64,000 nt of DNA from an uncultured Actinomycetota bacterium (lineage in GTDB: Bacteria > Actinomycetota > Actinomycetes > Mycobacteriales > Mycobacteriaceae), in assembly GCA_963766465.1 (NCBI GenBank), contig CAVXZT010000014.1:464370-528369 (forward strand), in the 5' to 3' direction. Positions 47,781 through 60,979 of the stretch are shown here, one piece after another (the stretch's first letter is position 1; each line of letters opens with the position of its first letter). A program made the translations under genes and the position numbers. Below the pieces are notes generated by a model. It saw only the letters and a list, made by a program, of their open reading frames with translations, searched no databases and was not told the DNA's origin.

Positions 47781-48416
47781 ATGAACAAAGCAGAGCTGAT
47801 CGACGTACTCACGACCAAGCTCAACACGGACCGCCGGTCTGCAACAGATGCGGTGGAAAACGTGGTCGACACGATCGTGCGTGCGGTACACAAGGGTGAC
47901 AGCGTCACCATTACTGGTTTCGGCGTTTTCGAACAGCGACGCCGTGCAGCCCGGGTGGCGCGTAACCCGCGCACCGGCGAGACAGTGAAAGTTAAGCCAA
48001 CATCCGTGCCGGCATTTCGTCCCGGCGCACAATTCAAAGCGGTTGTCTCTGGCGCGCAGCGCCTCCCGGCGGAAGGACCAGCAGTGAAACGTGGCGCGAC
48101 GGCGGGCGGGGCCCGCAAGGCTGTGCGGAAGACGGCGGCCAAGAAAGCAGTCAGGAAAGCGGCAGCCAAGAAGACGGTGAAGCGCGCAGCAGCCAAGAAG
48201 ACGGTGAAGCGCGCAGCAGCCAAGAAGACGGTGAAGCGCGCGGCAGCCAAGAAGACGGTGAAGCGCGCGGCAGCCAAGAAGACGGTGAAGCGCGCGGCAG
48301 CCAAGAAGGCAGTCAAGAAGGCCGCCGTCAAGAAGGCAGTCAAGAAGGCGCCGGCCCGCAAGGCCGCCGCCAAGAAGACAGCGCGCAAGGCTCCGGCCAA
48401 GCGCGGCCGTCGCTAA
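47781..48416 (+). CDS. hupB: Histone-like nucleoid protein HupB (HU domain plus Lys/Ala-rich tail)
   Basis: MNKAELID...GFGVFE...RNPRTGE...FRPG, then KKA/KKT repeats. Confidence 0.97.
   Translation: MNKAELIDVLTTKLNTDRRSATDAVENVVDTIVRAVHKGDSVTITGFGVFEQRRRAARVARNPRTGETVKVKPTSVPAFRPGAQFKAVVSGAQRLPAEGPAVKRGATAGGARKAVRKTAAKKAVRKAAAKKTVKRAAAKKTVKRAAAKKTVKRAAAKKTVKRAAAKKTVKRAAAKKAVKKAAVKKAVKKAPARKAAAKKTARKAPAKRGRR
48162..48307 (+). repeat. 27-bp tandem repeat (five copies plus a partial) in the hupB tail
   Basis: GCAGCCAAGAAGACGGTGAAGCGCGC[A/G] starting at 48162, 48189, 48216, 48243 and 48270; encodes AAKKTVKRA. Confidence 0.92.
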
Positions 48417-48430
48417 ATTTCGACATCGGG

Positions 48431-48459
48431 CACGCCGTGGGTCACCGACCCGCGGCGTG
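48431..48459 (+). terminator. Hairpin after hupB
   Basis: CACGCCGTGGGTC-ACC-GACCCGCGGCGTG followed by a GT-rich tail. Confidence 0.65.
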
Positions 48460-48579
48460 TCTGTGTGTTGTGAGTGCGGCTAAGCCGATTCAGACGCCAC
48501 GACACAACGAGCAGTTTGGGTAAATGCTCGCGATCGTCAGCACTTTGGATTCATTCCAGCCGTGCACGATGCGCTTGAG

Positions 48580-49509
48580 CTACTTCTTCGCGGCCAGCGG
48601 GCTGCCGATGTGGTCGGCGGCGACCAATCGCCCTTCGGCCAACGACAACACCCACGCGCTGCCCTTGCGGTTGCGCGACTTGTCAGGGCGGACGCCGTCT
48701 CGCTCGCACCACCACGTGATCAGATCGGGAATCACCTTGCCCTGCGTGCAGATCACCGGCGTGCCTCCGGAAGCCGCGATTTCGAGGACCCGGTGCCGGG
48801 CGGCCTTGCGGCTCTCGGGATATTCCTCCTCGGTCAGCAGCGGCTCGTCATGGATAGTGGTGCCAAGTTCTTCGGCGAGTGGTTCGAGCGTCTGACGGCA
48901 GCGCACTCGGTCCGCCGCGTAGAGCGTGTCGGCGCCGAATGCGAGGAGCAATCCGACGAGCGACTCGGCCTGCGCGCGCCCGCGTCTGTCCAGTGGACGC
49001 TTCCGGTCGTCGCCTTTGTACCGAGACTTGCTGCCCGCCGTCCCGTGCCGCACGATGATCACCGTCTGGGTAGCCGCGGGCTGTTTGGTAAAGCGGCGCA
49101 ACACTTTTCGGTCGTGTGGGTACTCTAGCTGTTTCATCGCGTCGGCAACAGGCAGCCACTTGAGCTCGTCGACTTCGGCGTTCGGAGTGAACTCACCGCC
49201 GACCGTGGTCGCCGCCCAGTACCGCACCTTCTTGATGCCCTGCTCGACCGGATAACTGACGGCGGCGAGTCGTCTGCCAAGGCGCGATGAGTAGCCGGTC
49301 TCCTCTTTCATCTCGCGCACCGCGGTGACGGGTTCGGTTTCCCCGGGGTCCACCTTGCCCTTGGGTAACGACCAGTCGTCGTATCGCGGCCGATGGATGA
49401 TCGCGACTTCTGGCGCAGCGGAGTCGCCATTGGATCGCCACAACACGGCGCCTGCGGCGAGCACGGCCTTGCTCACCGGGGCCACATCTGGCGAGTTCTC
49501 CTTCGGCAC
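48580..49509 (-). CDS. mutT1: NUDIX hydrolase with histidine-phosphatase domain
   Basis: [27 protein letters not shown] Nudix box, then VRHG motif. Confidence 0.92.
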   Translation of the reverse strand: MPKENSPDVAPVSKAVLAAGAVLWRSNGDSAAPEVAIIHRPRYDDWSLPKGKVDPGETEPVTAVREMKEETGYSSRLGRRLAAVSYPVEQGIKKVRYWAATTVGGEFTPNAEVDELKWLPVADAMKQLEYPHDRKVLRRFTKQPAATQTVIIVRHGTAGSKSRYKGDDRKRPLDRRGRAQAESLVGLLLAFGADTLYAADRVRCRQTLEPLAEELGTTIHDEPLLTEEEYPESRKAARHRVLEIAASGGTPVICTQGKVIPDLITWWCERDGVRPDKSRNRKGSAWVLSLAEGRLVAADHIGSPLAAKK

Positions 49510-49569
49510 CTCAGCTCCTGTGGATCATCCGGGCCCGTCGACCGGTCGCGTCACGCCCGACCGGTCGTC

Positions 49570-51759
49570 TCACGGATGCCTGTGGCGTTCCATCAGCGAC
49601 ACCTGATGGTCGCGTACCGTCTGACCCTCTCGCGGCGACGCCGTCCAGTGCCCGTCGGCGCCGAGCTCCCAGCAGCGGGTCGCGGGGTCCATCGCGGACT
49701 CGAAGACGTCGTTGAGTTGATTCGCCAGCCTCGGATCCTTTATCTGCGCCATCACTTCGACACGTCGGTCGAGATTACGATGCATCATGTCGGCGCTTCC
49801 GATCCAGAACTCGTCGATGGCGCGGAAGTGAATAATCCGCGAGTGTTCGAGGAACCGGCCGAGGATCGAGCGCACGACGATGTTCTCGGAGTAGCCGGGT
49901 ACGCCGGGGCGCAGCGCGCAGATGCCGCGAACGACCACCTCGACCCGCACGCCTGCCTGTGATGCGCGATACAGCGCGTCGATCACCTGTTCGTCCACCA
50001 AAGCGTTGGCCTTCACCCGGATCAGGCCCTCGGCGCCATCGCGCGTGGCGGCCATCTCGCGGTCGATGCGTTCGACGATGCCCCTGCGTACCCCATACGG
50101 CGCCACCAGGAGGTTGCGGTAGGACTCCTTGCGCGAGTAACCGGTCAGCGAGTTGAACAGGTCGGTGAGGTCTGCACCGATGTCAGGCGACGCCGTCAGC
50201 AGGCCGACGTCTTCATACAGTCGCGCCGTTTTACCGTTGTAGTTGCCGGTGCCGATATGGCAGTACCGCCGAATCGTCGAGCCTTCGCGGCGCACCACCA
50301 GACACGTCTTGCAGTGAGTCTTGAGTCCGATCAGCCCGTACACCACGTGCACGCCCACCTGCTCGAGTGCGCGTGCCCACTTGATGTTGGCCTGCTCGTC
50401 GAATCGCGCCTTGATCTCGACGAGCGCGACGACCTGCTTGCCCGCCTCGGCGGCGTCGATGAGCGCGTTGACGATCGGCGAGTCACCGGAAGTGCGGTAC
50501 AACGTCTGCTTGATCGCCAGCACGTTGGGATCGGCCGCGGCCTGCTCGATAAACCGTTGCACCGTGGTGGAGAACGAATCGTAGGGGTGGTGCACAAGCA
50601 CATCGCCGTCGCGCAGCGTCGCAAAGATGCTCTTGGGTGTTTCGCGTTCCCCGAATGCGGGCGGCGTCGCGGGCACGAACGGCGGATCTTTCAGCGCGGG
50701 GCGGTCGACGCCGTAGATCTGCCACAGCGACGTCAGATCCAGCAGTCCGGGCACCTCGATGACGTCCCCGGGGTCGACGTCGAGTTCACGAAGCAGAAGC
50801 TCCAACATGCTCTCGGTCATGTCGTCGGAAACTTCCAGGCGGACCGGGGAGCCGAAGCGCCTCCGCGCCAGTTCCCGCTCCAGCGCCTGCAGCAGGTCTT
50901 CGTCGCGATCCTCTTCCACTTCGAAATCCGCGTTGCGGGTGATGCGGAAGGCGTGGTGCTCGACGATCTCCAGACCGGGGAAGAGCACAGGGAGGAATGC
51001 GGCGATCAGCTCCTCCATCGGCAGGAACCGCACGACGTCGGAGGAGCCTTCGCGACGGGCGAGTTCGACGAAGCGGTTGACGTTGTCGGGCACCTTGATT
51101 CGGGCGAAGTGCTGCCCACCGTCGTCGGGGTGCTTGACGGTGATCGCCAGATTCAGGGAGAGACCGCTCACGAACGGGAACGGGTGGGCCGGGTCGACCG
51201 CCAACGGTGTCAACACCGGGAACACCTGCTCGTGGAAGTAGGTGGACAGCCGTGTGCGCTCGTCCTCGTCGAGTTCGGCCCACGTGACGATGACGATGCC
51301 TTCGTCCGCAAGGGCCGGCCGCACCGAATCGAGGAACACGTGCGCGTGCCTGTCGGCGATCTGCTGCGTGCGCTCGTTGATGCGGCGCAGCTGCTCGCGC
51401 GGTGACAGACCGTCGGCCGAGCGCACCGAAAGGCCCATCTCATCGCGACGCTTCAGGCCTGCGACCCGCACCATGTAGAACTCGTCGAGGTTCGACGCGA
51501 AGATCGCAAGGAACTTCGCCCGTTCGAGCAGCGGCAGTGACGTGTCCGCGGCCAGGGCCAGCACCCGCGCGTTGAATTCCAGCCAGCTCAGCTCGCGGTT
51601 GAGGTAGCGATCTTCGGGCAGGGCGTTGTCGATGGCGGGGGAGGTCGCCGCAGGTGGCGCTTCTGGCGACGAGTCAGCGGTATCCGGTGCCTGCGGCCGA
51701 ACGTCTCCGGCCACCGACTCCGTTTCGTCGGCGCGGATCTGGGCTTCGGCTTCGGTCAT
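49570..51759 (-). CDS. ppk1: Polyphosphate kinase 1
   Basis: [53 protein letters not shown]. Confidence 0.98.
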   Translation of the reverse strand: MTEAEAQIRADETESVAGDVRPQAPDTADSSPEAPPAATSPAIDNALPEDRYLNRELSWLEFNARVLALAADTSLPLLERAKFLAIFASNLDEFYMVRVAGLKRRDEMGLSVRSADGLSPREQLRRINERTQQIADRHAHVFLDSVRPALADEGIVIVTWAELDEDERTRLSTYFHEQVFPVLTPLAVDPAHPFPFVSGLSLNLAITVKHPDDGGQHFARIKVPDNVNRFVELARREGSSDVVRFLPMEELIAAFLPVLFPGLEIVEHHAFRITRNADFEVEEDRDEDLLQALERELARRRFGSPVRLEVSDDMTESMLELLLRELDVDPGDVIEVPGLLDLTSLWQIYGVDRPALKDPPFVPATPPAFGERETPKSIFATLRDGDVLVHHPYDSFSTTVQRFIEQAAADPNVLAIKQTLYRTSGDSPIVNALIDAAEAGKQVVALVEIKARFDEQANIKWARALEQVGVHVVYGLIGLKTHCKTCLVVRREGSTIRRYCHIGTGNYNGKTARLYEDVGLLTASPDIGADLTDLFNSLTGYSRKESYRNLLVAPYGVRRGIVERIDREMAATRDGAEGLIRVKANALVDEQVIDALYRASQAGVRVEVVVRGICALRPGVPGYSENIVVRSILGRFLEHSRIIHFRAIDEFWIGSADMMHRNLDRRVEVMAQIKDPRLANQLNDVFESAMDPATRCWELGADGHWTASPREGQTVRDHQVSLMERHRHP

Positions 51760-51825
51760 CCCTCTGATGATTCCCTATTGACAAGTCGTCCTGCTACCGA
51801 GACCGGCCAACCCGTTGCCAGCTGT

Positions 51826-53576
<1,751 letters not shown>

Positions 53577-53580
53577 TCGG

Positions 53581-54684
53581 ATGAATGGCAAGTACGGCGA
53601 TTCGACTCGCAGCGTGAAAGCCGTTGGTTCGGAACCGGTTCCGGGTAGCCCGGTGGCGCCACCGCCTGTTCCTGCGTCGACCTACCATCTTTCGCCCGAC
53701 GAGACCGAGCCGATGGACAGCTACGGGCGCAGCTCCAATCCGACGTGGCGCCAATTGGAGTCGGCGCTGGCCGAACTCGAAGGTGCGGCGACGGCGTTGA
53801 CGTTCGGCTCAGGAATGGCAGCGATCACGTCGGCGCTGCGTGTGCTCGCCAAACCCGGAACGAAGCTCGTGGTGCCAGCCGATGGCTACTACCAGGTGCG
53901 CCGCTATGCACAGGAATACCTTGCCCCGCTGGGGGTTACGGTCGTGGAAGTGCGAAGCGCCGATATGTGTGAGGCGTCGTCCGACGCCAACGTGGTGCTG
54001 GTCGAAACGCCGGTCAATCCGGGTCTGGACGTCGTGGACCTCCACCATTTGGCGATGACATGCCGAGGCCGGGGCGCGACTCTGGTCGTCGACAACACCA
54101 CCGCGACACCGCTCGGCCAGCAGCCGTTGTCGCTTGGCGCCGACTTGGTGGTGGCCAGCGCGACTAAGGCGCTTTCGGGACACAGCGATCTTGTTGCGGG
54201 CTACGTCGCGGGCAGTCAGCAGGAACTGATGGCTGCGGTCGAACGTGACCGGCTGCTTGCCGGGCCGATTCTTGGTGCGTTCGAGGCGTGGCTGGTGCTA
54301 CGGAGCCTCGGCAGCGCAGGCCTGCGGTTCGAACGGCAGTGTCAGAACGCTCAGGCGCTCGCATTGATGCTGCGCGCGCATCCGGCCGTGAAGTCGGTGC
54401 GCTACCCCGGTCTTCCCGACGATCCGTCGCATCAGATCGCCACGATGCAGATGAAGCGTTTCGGTGGCCTCGTGGCGGTGGAGCTCGAGGATGCCGCGGC
54501 GGTGCACGCGCTGGTGGAGCGCAGCGCGCTGCTGATCGCGTCGACCAGCTTCGGTGGCATCCACACTTCGGTCGATCGCCGCGCCCGCTGGGGCGATCCG
54601 GTCAGCGACGGCTTCGCCCGCATCTCGCTGGGCATAGAGGACTCCGACGACCTGATCGCCGATTTCGAACAGGCGCTGGGATAA
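53581..54684 (+). CDS. Cystathionine gamma-lyase/synthase family PLP enzyme
   Basis: YGRSSNPTW, FGSGMAAI, ETPVNP, VDNT, SATKALSGHSD (PLP Lys). Confidence 0.9.
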   Translation: MNGKYGDSTRSVKAVGSEPVPGSPVAPPPVPASTYHLSPDETEPMDSYGRSSNPTWRQLESALAELEGAATALTFGSGMAAITSALRVLAKPGTKLVVPADGYYQVRRYAQEYLAPLGVTVVEVRSADMCEASSDANVVLVETPVNPGLDVVDLHHLAMTCRGRGATLVVDNTTATPLGQQPLSLGADLVVASATKALSGHSDLVAGYVAGSQQELMAAVERDRLLAGPILGAFEAWLVLRSLGSAGLRFERQCQNAQALALMLRAHPAVKSVRYPGLPDDPSHQIATMQMKRFGGLVAVELEDAAAVHALVERSALLIASTSFGGIHTSVDRRARWGDPVSDGFARISLGIEDSDDLIADFEQALG

Positions 54685-54745
54685 ATCTCCAGGTCAGCGC
54701 GCTAGGTCGGGATGTTTCCGGTTAGAGCGGTAGCCTCTCTAGGTT

Positions 54746-55870
54746 GTGACTGCCCCTAATGCGTCCGGGCCCGCCGGTCGGGTCCGCGTCGCCGTTGTCT
54801 ACGGCGGACGCAGCTCCGAGCACGCGATTTCGTGTGTTTCCGCAGGCAGCATCCTGCGCAACCTCGACCCGGAGCGGTTCGAAGTGGTCGCGGTCGGCAT
54901 CACCCCCGGCGGATCGTGGATGCTGACCGACGGCCGCCCGGACACTCTGGCGATCACGGACGGCCGGCTGCCGGAGGTCACCGGGGAATCCGGCACCGAA
55001 CTGGCGCTCGCGGCCGACCCGGTCCGCGGTGGCCAACTGCTGTCCCTCGGCCAGGGCGGCGAGATGCTTGCCGCGGTCGACGTCGTGTTCCCGGTACTGC
55101 ACGGACCGTACGGCGAGGACGGCACCATCCAGGGCCTGCTCGAGCTGGCAGGTGTGCCGTATGTCGGCGCGGGTGTCCTGGCCAGCGCGGCGGGGATGGA
55201 CAAGGAATTCACCAAGAAGCTGCTCGTCGCCGGGGGCCTGTCGATCGGCGACCACGTGGTGCTGCGACCGCGTCAGGACAGCGTGGAACTCGAGGATCGA
55301 GAGCGTCTGGGGCTTCCGGTGTTCGTCAAACCCGCGCGCGGTGGCTCGTCCATCGGAGTCAGCCGGGTGACGGCATGGGACCAGCTTCCCGCGGCGATCG
55401 CCGTCGCCCGCAGGCATGACCCGAAGGTGATCGTCGAGGCGGCCATTCCTGGGCGCGAATTGGAGTGCGGCGTCTTGGAATTCCCCGACGGCAGGGTCGA
55501 GGCCAGCACTGTCGGCGAGATCAGGGTCGCCGGGGTACGCGACCGCGAGGACGCTTTCTACGACTTCGAGACGAAGTACCTCGACGACGCCGCCGAGCTC
55601 GACGTGCCCGCCAAGATCGACGACGAAGTCGCAGATTCAGTGCGGCAGTTGGCCATTCGGGCATTCAATGCGATCGACTGCCAGGGCCTTGCTCGTGTCG
55701 ACTTCTTCCTCACTGAGGACGGGCCGGTGGTCAATGAGATCAACACGATGCCCGGTTTCACGACGATCTCGATGTATCCACGGATGTGGGCGGCCAGCGG
55801 GGTCGACTATCCGACGCTGTTGGCCACCATGGTCGAGACGGCTCTGAAGCGCGGCACTGGCCTGCATTAG
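54746..55870 (+). CDS. ddl: D-alanine-D-alanine ligase
   Basis: [34 protein letters not shown]. Confidence 0.97.
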   Translation: MTAPNASGPAGRVRVAVVYGGRSSEHAISCVSAGSILRNLDPERFEVVAVGITPGGSWMLTDGRPDTLAITDGRLPEVTGESGTELALAADPVRGGQLLSLGQGGEMLAAVDVVFPVLHGPYGEDGTIQGLLELAGVPYVGAGVLASAAGMDKEFTKKLLVAGGLSIGDHVVLRPRQDSVELEDRERLGLPVFVKPARGGSSIGVSRVTAWDQLPAAIAVARRHDPKVIVEAAIPGRELECGVLEFPDGRVEASTVGEIRVAGVRDREDAFYDFETKYLDDAAELDVPAKIDDEVADSVRQLAIRAFNAIDCQGLARVDFFLTEDGPVVNEINTMPGFTTISMYPRMWAASGVDYPTLLATMVETALKRGTGLH

Positions 55871-56412
55871 CTTACCGGGGCCGGGTCGATCGGCTTGGCC
55901 GGCAACGACTTTGCGATCGCTTCGGAAATGGTTTGGATCGCCGTCGGCCCTGACCCCGGCGGCAGTGTCAACGCCACATACACCGGCCGATCGACCGCGA
56001 ACCACGTGCTGCGTTCCTCATCCGCTACCCGGAACCACTGCACGGGGTCTACGACCTGAAGAGGGCTGCCGACGACGAACTCGGCGGGCCGGTCCAGTCC
56101 ACAGCGCAGGATCACGGGCTCACCGCCGTCGGGTTGTTGCCACGCTGCGGCACCGGCAGGTGCGGGATCGGCCGCGGCCGCCCGACGGTAATCACCCAAT
56201 TGCTGCGGGAGTGCGTCGAGGAGCGCGCGGCATTCGCTGCTGTCAGCCTTCGGCGCGGGCACGGACACGATCGCGACGGGTCGCTGTTGGGGCGGCGCCT
56301 GTCGCAGCGCGGCGAACCCGAGGATGCCGATGATCGCGCCTGCCGCAACGACGATCGCGGCGATTATCAACGCGCGCGGGGGCCCGTCATGGGTCTCGGC
56401 ATCCACGCCCAA
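55867..56412 (-). CDS. DUF3515 domain protein (Rv2980-like)
   Basis: Single TM helix, [31 protein letters not shown]. Confidence 0.82.
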   Translation of the reverse strand: MGVDAETHDGPPRALIIAAIVVAAGAIIGILGFAALRQAPPQQRPVAIVSVPAPKADSSECRALLDALPQQLGDYRRAAAADPAPAGAAAWQQPDGGEPVILRCGLDRPAEFVVGSPLQVVDPVQWFRVADEERSTWFAVDRPVYVALTLPPGSGPTAIQTISEAIAKSLPAKPIDPAPVS

Positions 56413-56415
56413 ACC

Positions 56416-56658
56416 TTAAGGGGCTACTCCATCGGCGATCGGACAGGTCAGGGTGCGGGTGATGCCGGTGACCTGCTGCACACTCGGAACGACATTGGCT
56501 TGCAGGTCGTCAAGGTCGTCAGCGCCGATGCGGACGACGACGTCGTACGGGCCGGTGACGTACTCCGACGACAACACACCGGGCAGGGCGGCTAGCTGCT
56601 TGGCGACGACCTCTGCGCGGCCGACCTCGGTCTGGATCAGCATGAAAGCCTGGACCAC
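56416..56658 (-). CDS. Lrp/AsnC ligand-binding-domain small protein
   Basis: VQAFMLIQTEVG...VTGPYDVVVR...ITRTLTCP. Confidence 0.88.
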   Translation of the reverse strand: MVQAFMLIQTEVGRAEVVAKQLAALPGVLSSEYVTGPYDVVVRIGADDLDDLQANVVPSVQQVTGITRTLTCPIADGVAP

Positions 56659-56732
56659 CCGCTATCCCTCCGTCTCGCTGCATAGACTTCCCGCCGCAGG
56701 GCCCAAACGTACCGCAGCCGGGGGGAGGTGAC

Positions 56733-57689
56733 ATGGCGACCGACGAGCAGGCCGAGACCCTCGCTGGCGTGGGTGAGTTCGCGGTGATCGACCGTCTGGT
56801 CGCAGGCCGCGAACAGCCGAAGGTCGTCGCACTCGGACCCGGTGACGATTCGGCGGTTGTCCTCACCGACGACGGCCGCGTGGTGGTGTCCACCGACATG
56901 CTCGTCGAAGGGCAGCACTTTCGCCTGGACTGGTCAGCACCGCATGACATCGGACGCAAGGCGATCGCGCAGAACGCCGCTGACATCGAGGCGATGGGCG
57001 CGGCGGCCACCGCGTTCGTCGTCGCGTTCGGCGCTCCGGGTGACACGCCGACGGCGCAAGCGCTCGAACTCGCTGACGGCATGTGGCACGAGGCGCGCCT
57101 GCTCGGCGCTGGCATCGTCGGCGGCGACCTTGTCACGGCCCCGCAATGGGTGATATCTGTGACCGCGTTGGGCAACCTGGACGGCCGCACGGCGGTCCGT
57201 CTCAGCGGTGCCCGCCCTGGTGACACGGTCGCCGTTACGGGAGACGTCGGCTGGTCGGCCGCCGGATATGCGTTGCTGCTCAACGACGTTCATACTTTCG
57301 AAACTCTGCATCGCCGCCACTTGGTGCCGGAACCTCCGTACGGTCAAGGACGCGTCGCGGCAGACGCGGGTGCTACGTCGATGACCGACGTCTCCGACGG
57401 GCTGATGGCAGACCTCGGGCATATCGCGCACGCCTCGGAAGTAGGTATCGACCTGTCGCGGGATGCGCTGGGCGCCGACAACGCTGCCCTCGCCCCAGCG
57501 GCCACCGCATTGGAGATGGACGCCTGGGCCTGGGTGCTCGCGGGAGGCGAGGACCATGCGCTGGTCGCGACGTTCCCTGGACCGCCACCGGTCGGATGGC
57601 GGGTGATCGGACAGGTGCTTGACGGCCCGCCGAGGGTCCTGATTGACGGCGAGCAGTGGCACGGAGACTCGGGCTGGCAGTCGTTCTGA
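56733..57689 (+). CDS. thiL: Thiamine-monophosphate kinase
   Basis: GEFAVI, GPGDD, STDMLVEG.HF, NAADIEAMG, DVSDGL, GGEDHAL. Confidence 0.96.
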   Translation: MATDEQAETLAGVGEFAVIDRLVAGREQPKVVALGPGDDSAVVLTDDGRVVVSTDMLVEGQHFRLDWSAPHDIGRKAIAQNAADIEAMGAAATAFVVAFGAPGDTPTAQALELADGMWHEARLLGAGIVGGDLVTAPQWVISVTALGNLDGRTAVRLSGARPGDTVAVTGDVGWSAAGYALLLNDVHTFETLHRRHLVPEPPYGQGRVAADAGATSMTDVSDGLMADLGHIAHASEVGIDLSRDALGADNAALAPAATALEMDAWAWVLAGGEDHALVATFPGPPPVGWRVIGQVLDGPPRVLIDGEQWHGDSGWQSF

Positions 57690-57717
57690 CTGACCGCGCA
57701 CGCTAGGTTGACCTTCC

Positions 57718-58404
57718 ATGACCGCACGTCCGCTGAACGAACTCGTCGAAGACGGTTGGGCTCACGCACTGGAACCCGTCGGCCCGCAGGTCACACAGAT
57801 GGGCGAGTTCTTACGTGCTGAGCTCGCGGGGGGCCACCGATATTTGCCCGCCGGCCCGAATGTGTTGCGCGCCTTCACGTTCCCGTTCGACCAAGTGCGG
57901 GTGCTGATCGTCGGGCAGGATCCCTACCCGACGCCTGGGCACGCGGTCGGTCTGAGTTTCTCGGTGGCGGCCGATGTGCGACCGCTGCCACGCAGCCTGG
58001 AGAACATCTTCACTGAGTACGGCAAGGATCTTGGGTATCCGCGGCCGGCCAGCGGCGACCTCACACCGTGGGCCGAGCGGGGCGTGATGCTGCTGAACAG
58101 GGTGCTCACCGTGCGGCCGAGCACTCCGGCGTCACACCGGGGCAAGGGGTGGGAAGCGGTGACCGAATGCGCGATCCGCGCCCTCGTGGCCAGGGAGCAG
58201 CCGCTGGTCGCGGTGTTGTGGGGCCGCGATGCCTCGACACTCAAACCCATGCTCGACGGCACCGACTGCGCGTCGATCGAATCGGCGCATCCCTCGCCGC
58301 TGTCGGCGTCGCGCGGATTCTTCGGCTCGCGGCCGTTCAGTCGCGCCAACGAGCTGCTGGAGAAGATGGGCGCCGACCCTATCGACTGGCGCCTGCCCGG
58401 CTGA
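57718..58404 (+). CDS. ung: Uracil-DNA glycosylase
   Basis: [21 protein letters not shown]. Confidence 0.97.
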   Translation: MTARPLNELVEDGWAHALEPVGPQVTQMGEFLRAELAGGHRYLPAGPNVLRAFTFPFDQVRVLIVGQDPYPTPGHAVGLSFSVAADVRPLPRSLENIFTEYGKDLGYPRPASGDLTPWAERGVMLLNRVLTVRPSTPASHRGKGWEAVTECAIRALVAREQPLVAVLWGRDASTLKPMLDGTDCASIESAHPSPLSASRGFFGSRPFSRANELLEKMGADPIDWRLPG

Positions 58405-58408
58405 GCGA

Positions 58409-58822
58409 TCAGTCGTTGTAGCGGATGTAGGTGTTGCGGCCATCGAGGACGATCGTGTTGGCGTCCGTGGCGCTGATAGGTGTCGTCAAGGTCGACAGGC
58501 CAGGAGGGCAGCCTGGGTCTCCGCATTCCTCGACCGAAAGCTGCAGTACGCCGCCGTCGGCCTGCAGCTCATAGTGTCCGTCGATCATGACTATCGCGCA
58601 GCCCGGGTAAACAGCCAGATAGCGATAGACGCCGTTCGGAGAGAACGAGTATTGCCCCGCCGTTGGAGCGCACTCACCGGGATCTCCGAGTGTGGCCGGA
58701 CCCGCCCACGACCCCACCAGTGTCTTCGCGTCGACGGCCGCAGCGAGTGGGGCTGGGGCGAGGCTGATCGCAAGTAGCGCCGCCGCGGCAGCGAGGGCTG
58801 TGCGTGAGACATACCCGAACAT
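58409..58822 (-). CDS. Hypothetical secreted Cys-containing beta-rich protein
   Basis: Signal peptide ending PLAAA, LVGSWAG, five Cys, aromatic-rich strands. Confidence 0.7.
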   Translation of the reverse strand: MFGYVSRTALAAAAALLAISLAPAPLAAAVDAKTLVGSWAGPATLGDPGECAPTAGQYSFSPNGVYRYLAVYPGCAIVMIDGHYELQADGGVLQLSVEECGDPGCPPGLSTLTTPISATDANTIVLDGRNTYIRYND

Positions 58823-58828
58823 GGACGC

Positions 58829-58868
58829 GACCTTTCCGCTGGAGATTTGCGCAAGCCAGCGAAAGGTC
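58829..58868. terminator. Strong hairpin downstream of rpmB, just before the secreted-protein start
   Basis: GACCTTT(C)CGCTGG-loop-CCAGCGAAAGGTC. Confidence 0.5.
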
Positions 58869-58945
58869 AGGGTACTGGGCTCAGGAGCTCTCACCTGTCG
58901 AATGGCGGTTTGCTCCGCGATCGCCCTGGGCAATAGCGGCGGAAA

Positions 58946-59140
58946 TTAGCCGCGTGCGACCTTGCCGGCCTTGATGCACGAGGTGCACACGTTGATGCGC
59001 TTCTTGTTCCCGCCGGGGTGCGTCACGGCGTGGACGGTCTGGATGTTGGGATCCCAGCGACGGCTGGTCCGGCGATGGGAGTGCGACACCGACTTGCCGA
59101 AGCCGGGGCCTTTCCCGCAGATCTCGCAGACGGCAGCCAT
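58946..59140 (-). CDS. rpmB: 50S ribosomal protein L28 (Cys-containing type)
   Basis: MAAVCEICGKGPGFGKSVSHSHRRTSRRWDPNIQ...VCTSCIKAGKV. Confidence 0.97.
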   Translation of the reverse strand: MAAVCEICGKGPGFGKSVSHSHRRTSRRWDPNIQTVHAVTHPGGNKKRINVCTSCIKAGKVARG

Positions 59141-59342
59141 ATGTGGAACTCCTCGGATCAGTACTTGGGGGGTCAACAACCACGTGGGTGACCCGACAAC
59201 CTGACCAGGATACCGGCAGCGTGAGGTATCGCCAAAATGCCCTCGGCCTGCATGCTCCACAGCCGCCGACGTTGTTGCCAGGGTTGTCGCCGAGGATGGC
59301 TAGGCTGGCGCCCACGGCGGCACAGCGGGTGGGAGGTTTTCG

Positions 59343-60977
59343 ATGTCTGCTCGGCGGCTCGATGCCTCCGCACTGCGGGACTGGGCACACACCGCCGTCG
59401 GCGACCTCATATCCCACACCGACGAGATCAATCGGCTCAACGTTTTCCCCGTCGCCGACGCCGACACCGGCACGAACATGCTGTTCACCATGCGTTCGGC
59501 GTGGGCGCAGGCCGAGATGGACTCCGAACGCGACGACGTGAGGCAGGTCGCCGCGGCACTGGCCGCCGGCGCTTTGCACGGCGCCCGTGGCAACTCCGGC
59601 GTCATCCTGTCGCAGATCCTGCGCGGCCTCGCCGAGGTGGTCTCGTCGGCCGCCGCGGACCGCGACGGAGCGCTGGCCGATATCGACGGTCGCGTCCTCG
59701 CGGCGGCCCTGCGCCACGCGGTCGGGCTGGTCGTCGCGTCGATGGGCGAACCGGTGCCGGGCACCATCGTCTCGGTGCTCCAGGACGCGGCGGGTGCCGC
59801 CGAGCATGCGAACGCCGACGGCGCCGACCTCGCCGAGGTGGTGTCGGCCGCCGCTGACGCCGCGTCCGTCGCACTCGACAAGACCACCGGGCAACTTGAG
59901 GTGCTGGCCGAGGCCGGCGTGGTGGACGCCGGGGGCCGCGGCCTGCTGGTACTTCTGGACGCGATGAGCACCACGCTGACCGGGCGGGCGCCCCACCGGC
60001 ACGAATATTTGCCGTCCCCGCCGGACGCCGACGTAGCCGTGACCACCGCCGCCGCGCCGCAGTTCGAGGTGATGTACCTGTTGAGCGATTGCGACGCCCG
60101 CGGTGTGGAGACGCTCCGCGAGCGCCTCGACCAGTTGGGTGAATCAGTGGCCATCGCGGCCTCGTCGGACGGAGCAGGCCACTACTCGGTGCACGTCCAT
60201 GCCGACGATGCCGGCGCTGCCGTTGAGGCGGCCTTGTCGGTGGGCACACCGAGCCGGATCCAGGTGACGTCGCTTTCGGGCGGCGTCGGGACGCGGCCGG
60301 CTGGTGGGTGGAGCCGCGAACGCGCGGTGCTTGCGGTGGTCGACGGTGACGGTGCTGTGGAACTCTTCACCGGCGAGGGCGCGCATGTGTTGCGGCCCGA
60401 GGCCGACGGGCCGGTGAGCGCCAAGCAGTTGCTGCACGCTCTCGTCAACACTGGTGCGGGGCAAATCATGGTGCTGCCCAACGGCTACGTCGCCGCCGAG
60501 GAACTCGTAGCGGGCTGCACCGCGGCGATCGGATGGGGTATCGACGTCGTGCCGGTGCCCGCCGGTTCCATGGTTCAGGGCCTTGCCGCGCTGGCCGTGC
60601 ACGACGCCGAGCGGCTGGCGGTCGACGACGGCTACACGATGGCCCGCGCCGCCGCGGGCGCCAGGCACGGCTCGGTGAGGGTGGCCACCGAGGAGGCGCT
60701 GACGTGGGCGGGCACCTGTAAGCCGGGTGACGGGTTGGCAATCGCGGGCGATGAGGTGCTGATCGTCGGCAATGACATCGCAGCGGCCGCCGCGGGCCTG
60801 ATCGACCTGTTGCTTGCCTCGGGCGGTGAGCTCGTGACGGTGCTCACGGGTGCCGGGGTCGACGGCAGTGTCGGCGAAGCACTGCAGGCCCATGTCCACG
60901 CCCAGCATCCCGGTACCGAGTTGGTGAGCTACCACACCGACCACCGGGGCGACGCGCTGCTGATCGGAGTCGAGTAG
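59343..60977 (+). CDS. DAK2 domain fatty-acid kinase-like protein (Rv2974c-like)
   Basis: INRLNVFPVADADTGTNM, ARGNSGVILSQ, DAGGRG, VHVH. Sits in the rpmB-DAK2-recG context. Confidence 0.93.
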   Translation: MSARRLDASALRDWAHTAVGDLISHTDEINRLNVFPVADADTGTNMLFTMRSAWAQAEMDSERDDVRQVAAALAAGALHGARGNSGVILSQILRGLAEVVSSAAADRDGALADIDGRVLAAALRHAVGLVVASMGEPVPGTIVSVLQDAAGAAEHANADGADLAEVVSAAADAASVALDKTTGQLEVLAEAGVVDAGGRGLLVLLDAMSTTLTGRAPHRHEYLPSPPDADVAVTTAAAPQFEVMYLLSDCDARGVETLRERLDQLGESVAIAASSDGAGHYSVHVHADDAGAAVEAALSVGTPSRIQVTSLSGGVGTRPAGGWSRERAVLAVVDGDGAVELFTGEGAHVLRPEADGPVSAKQLLHALVNTGAGQIMVLPNGYVAAEELVAGCTAAIGWGIDVVPVPAGSMVQGLAALAVHDAERLAVDDGYTMARAAAGARHGSVRVATEEALTWAGTCKPGDGLAIAGDEVLIVGNDIAAAAAGLIDLLLASGGELVTVLTGAGVDGSVGEALQAHVHAQHPGTELVSYHTDHRGDALLIGVE

Positions 60978-60979
60978 CC

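Noticed and set aside
59170-59290. Inverted CGACAACC motifs upstream of rpmB as a riboswitch or operator
   Set aside because: Arms are short and far apart, and no recognisable RNA family fold could be supported.
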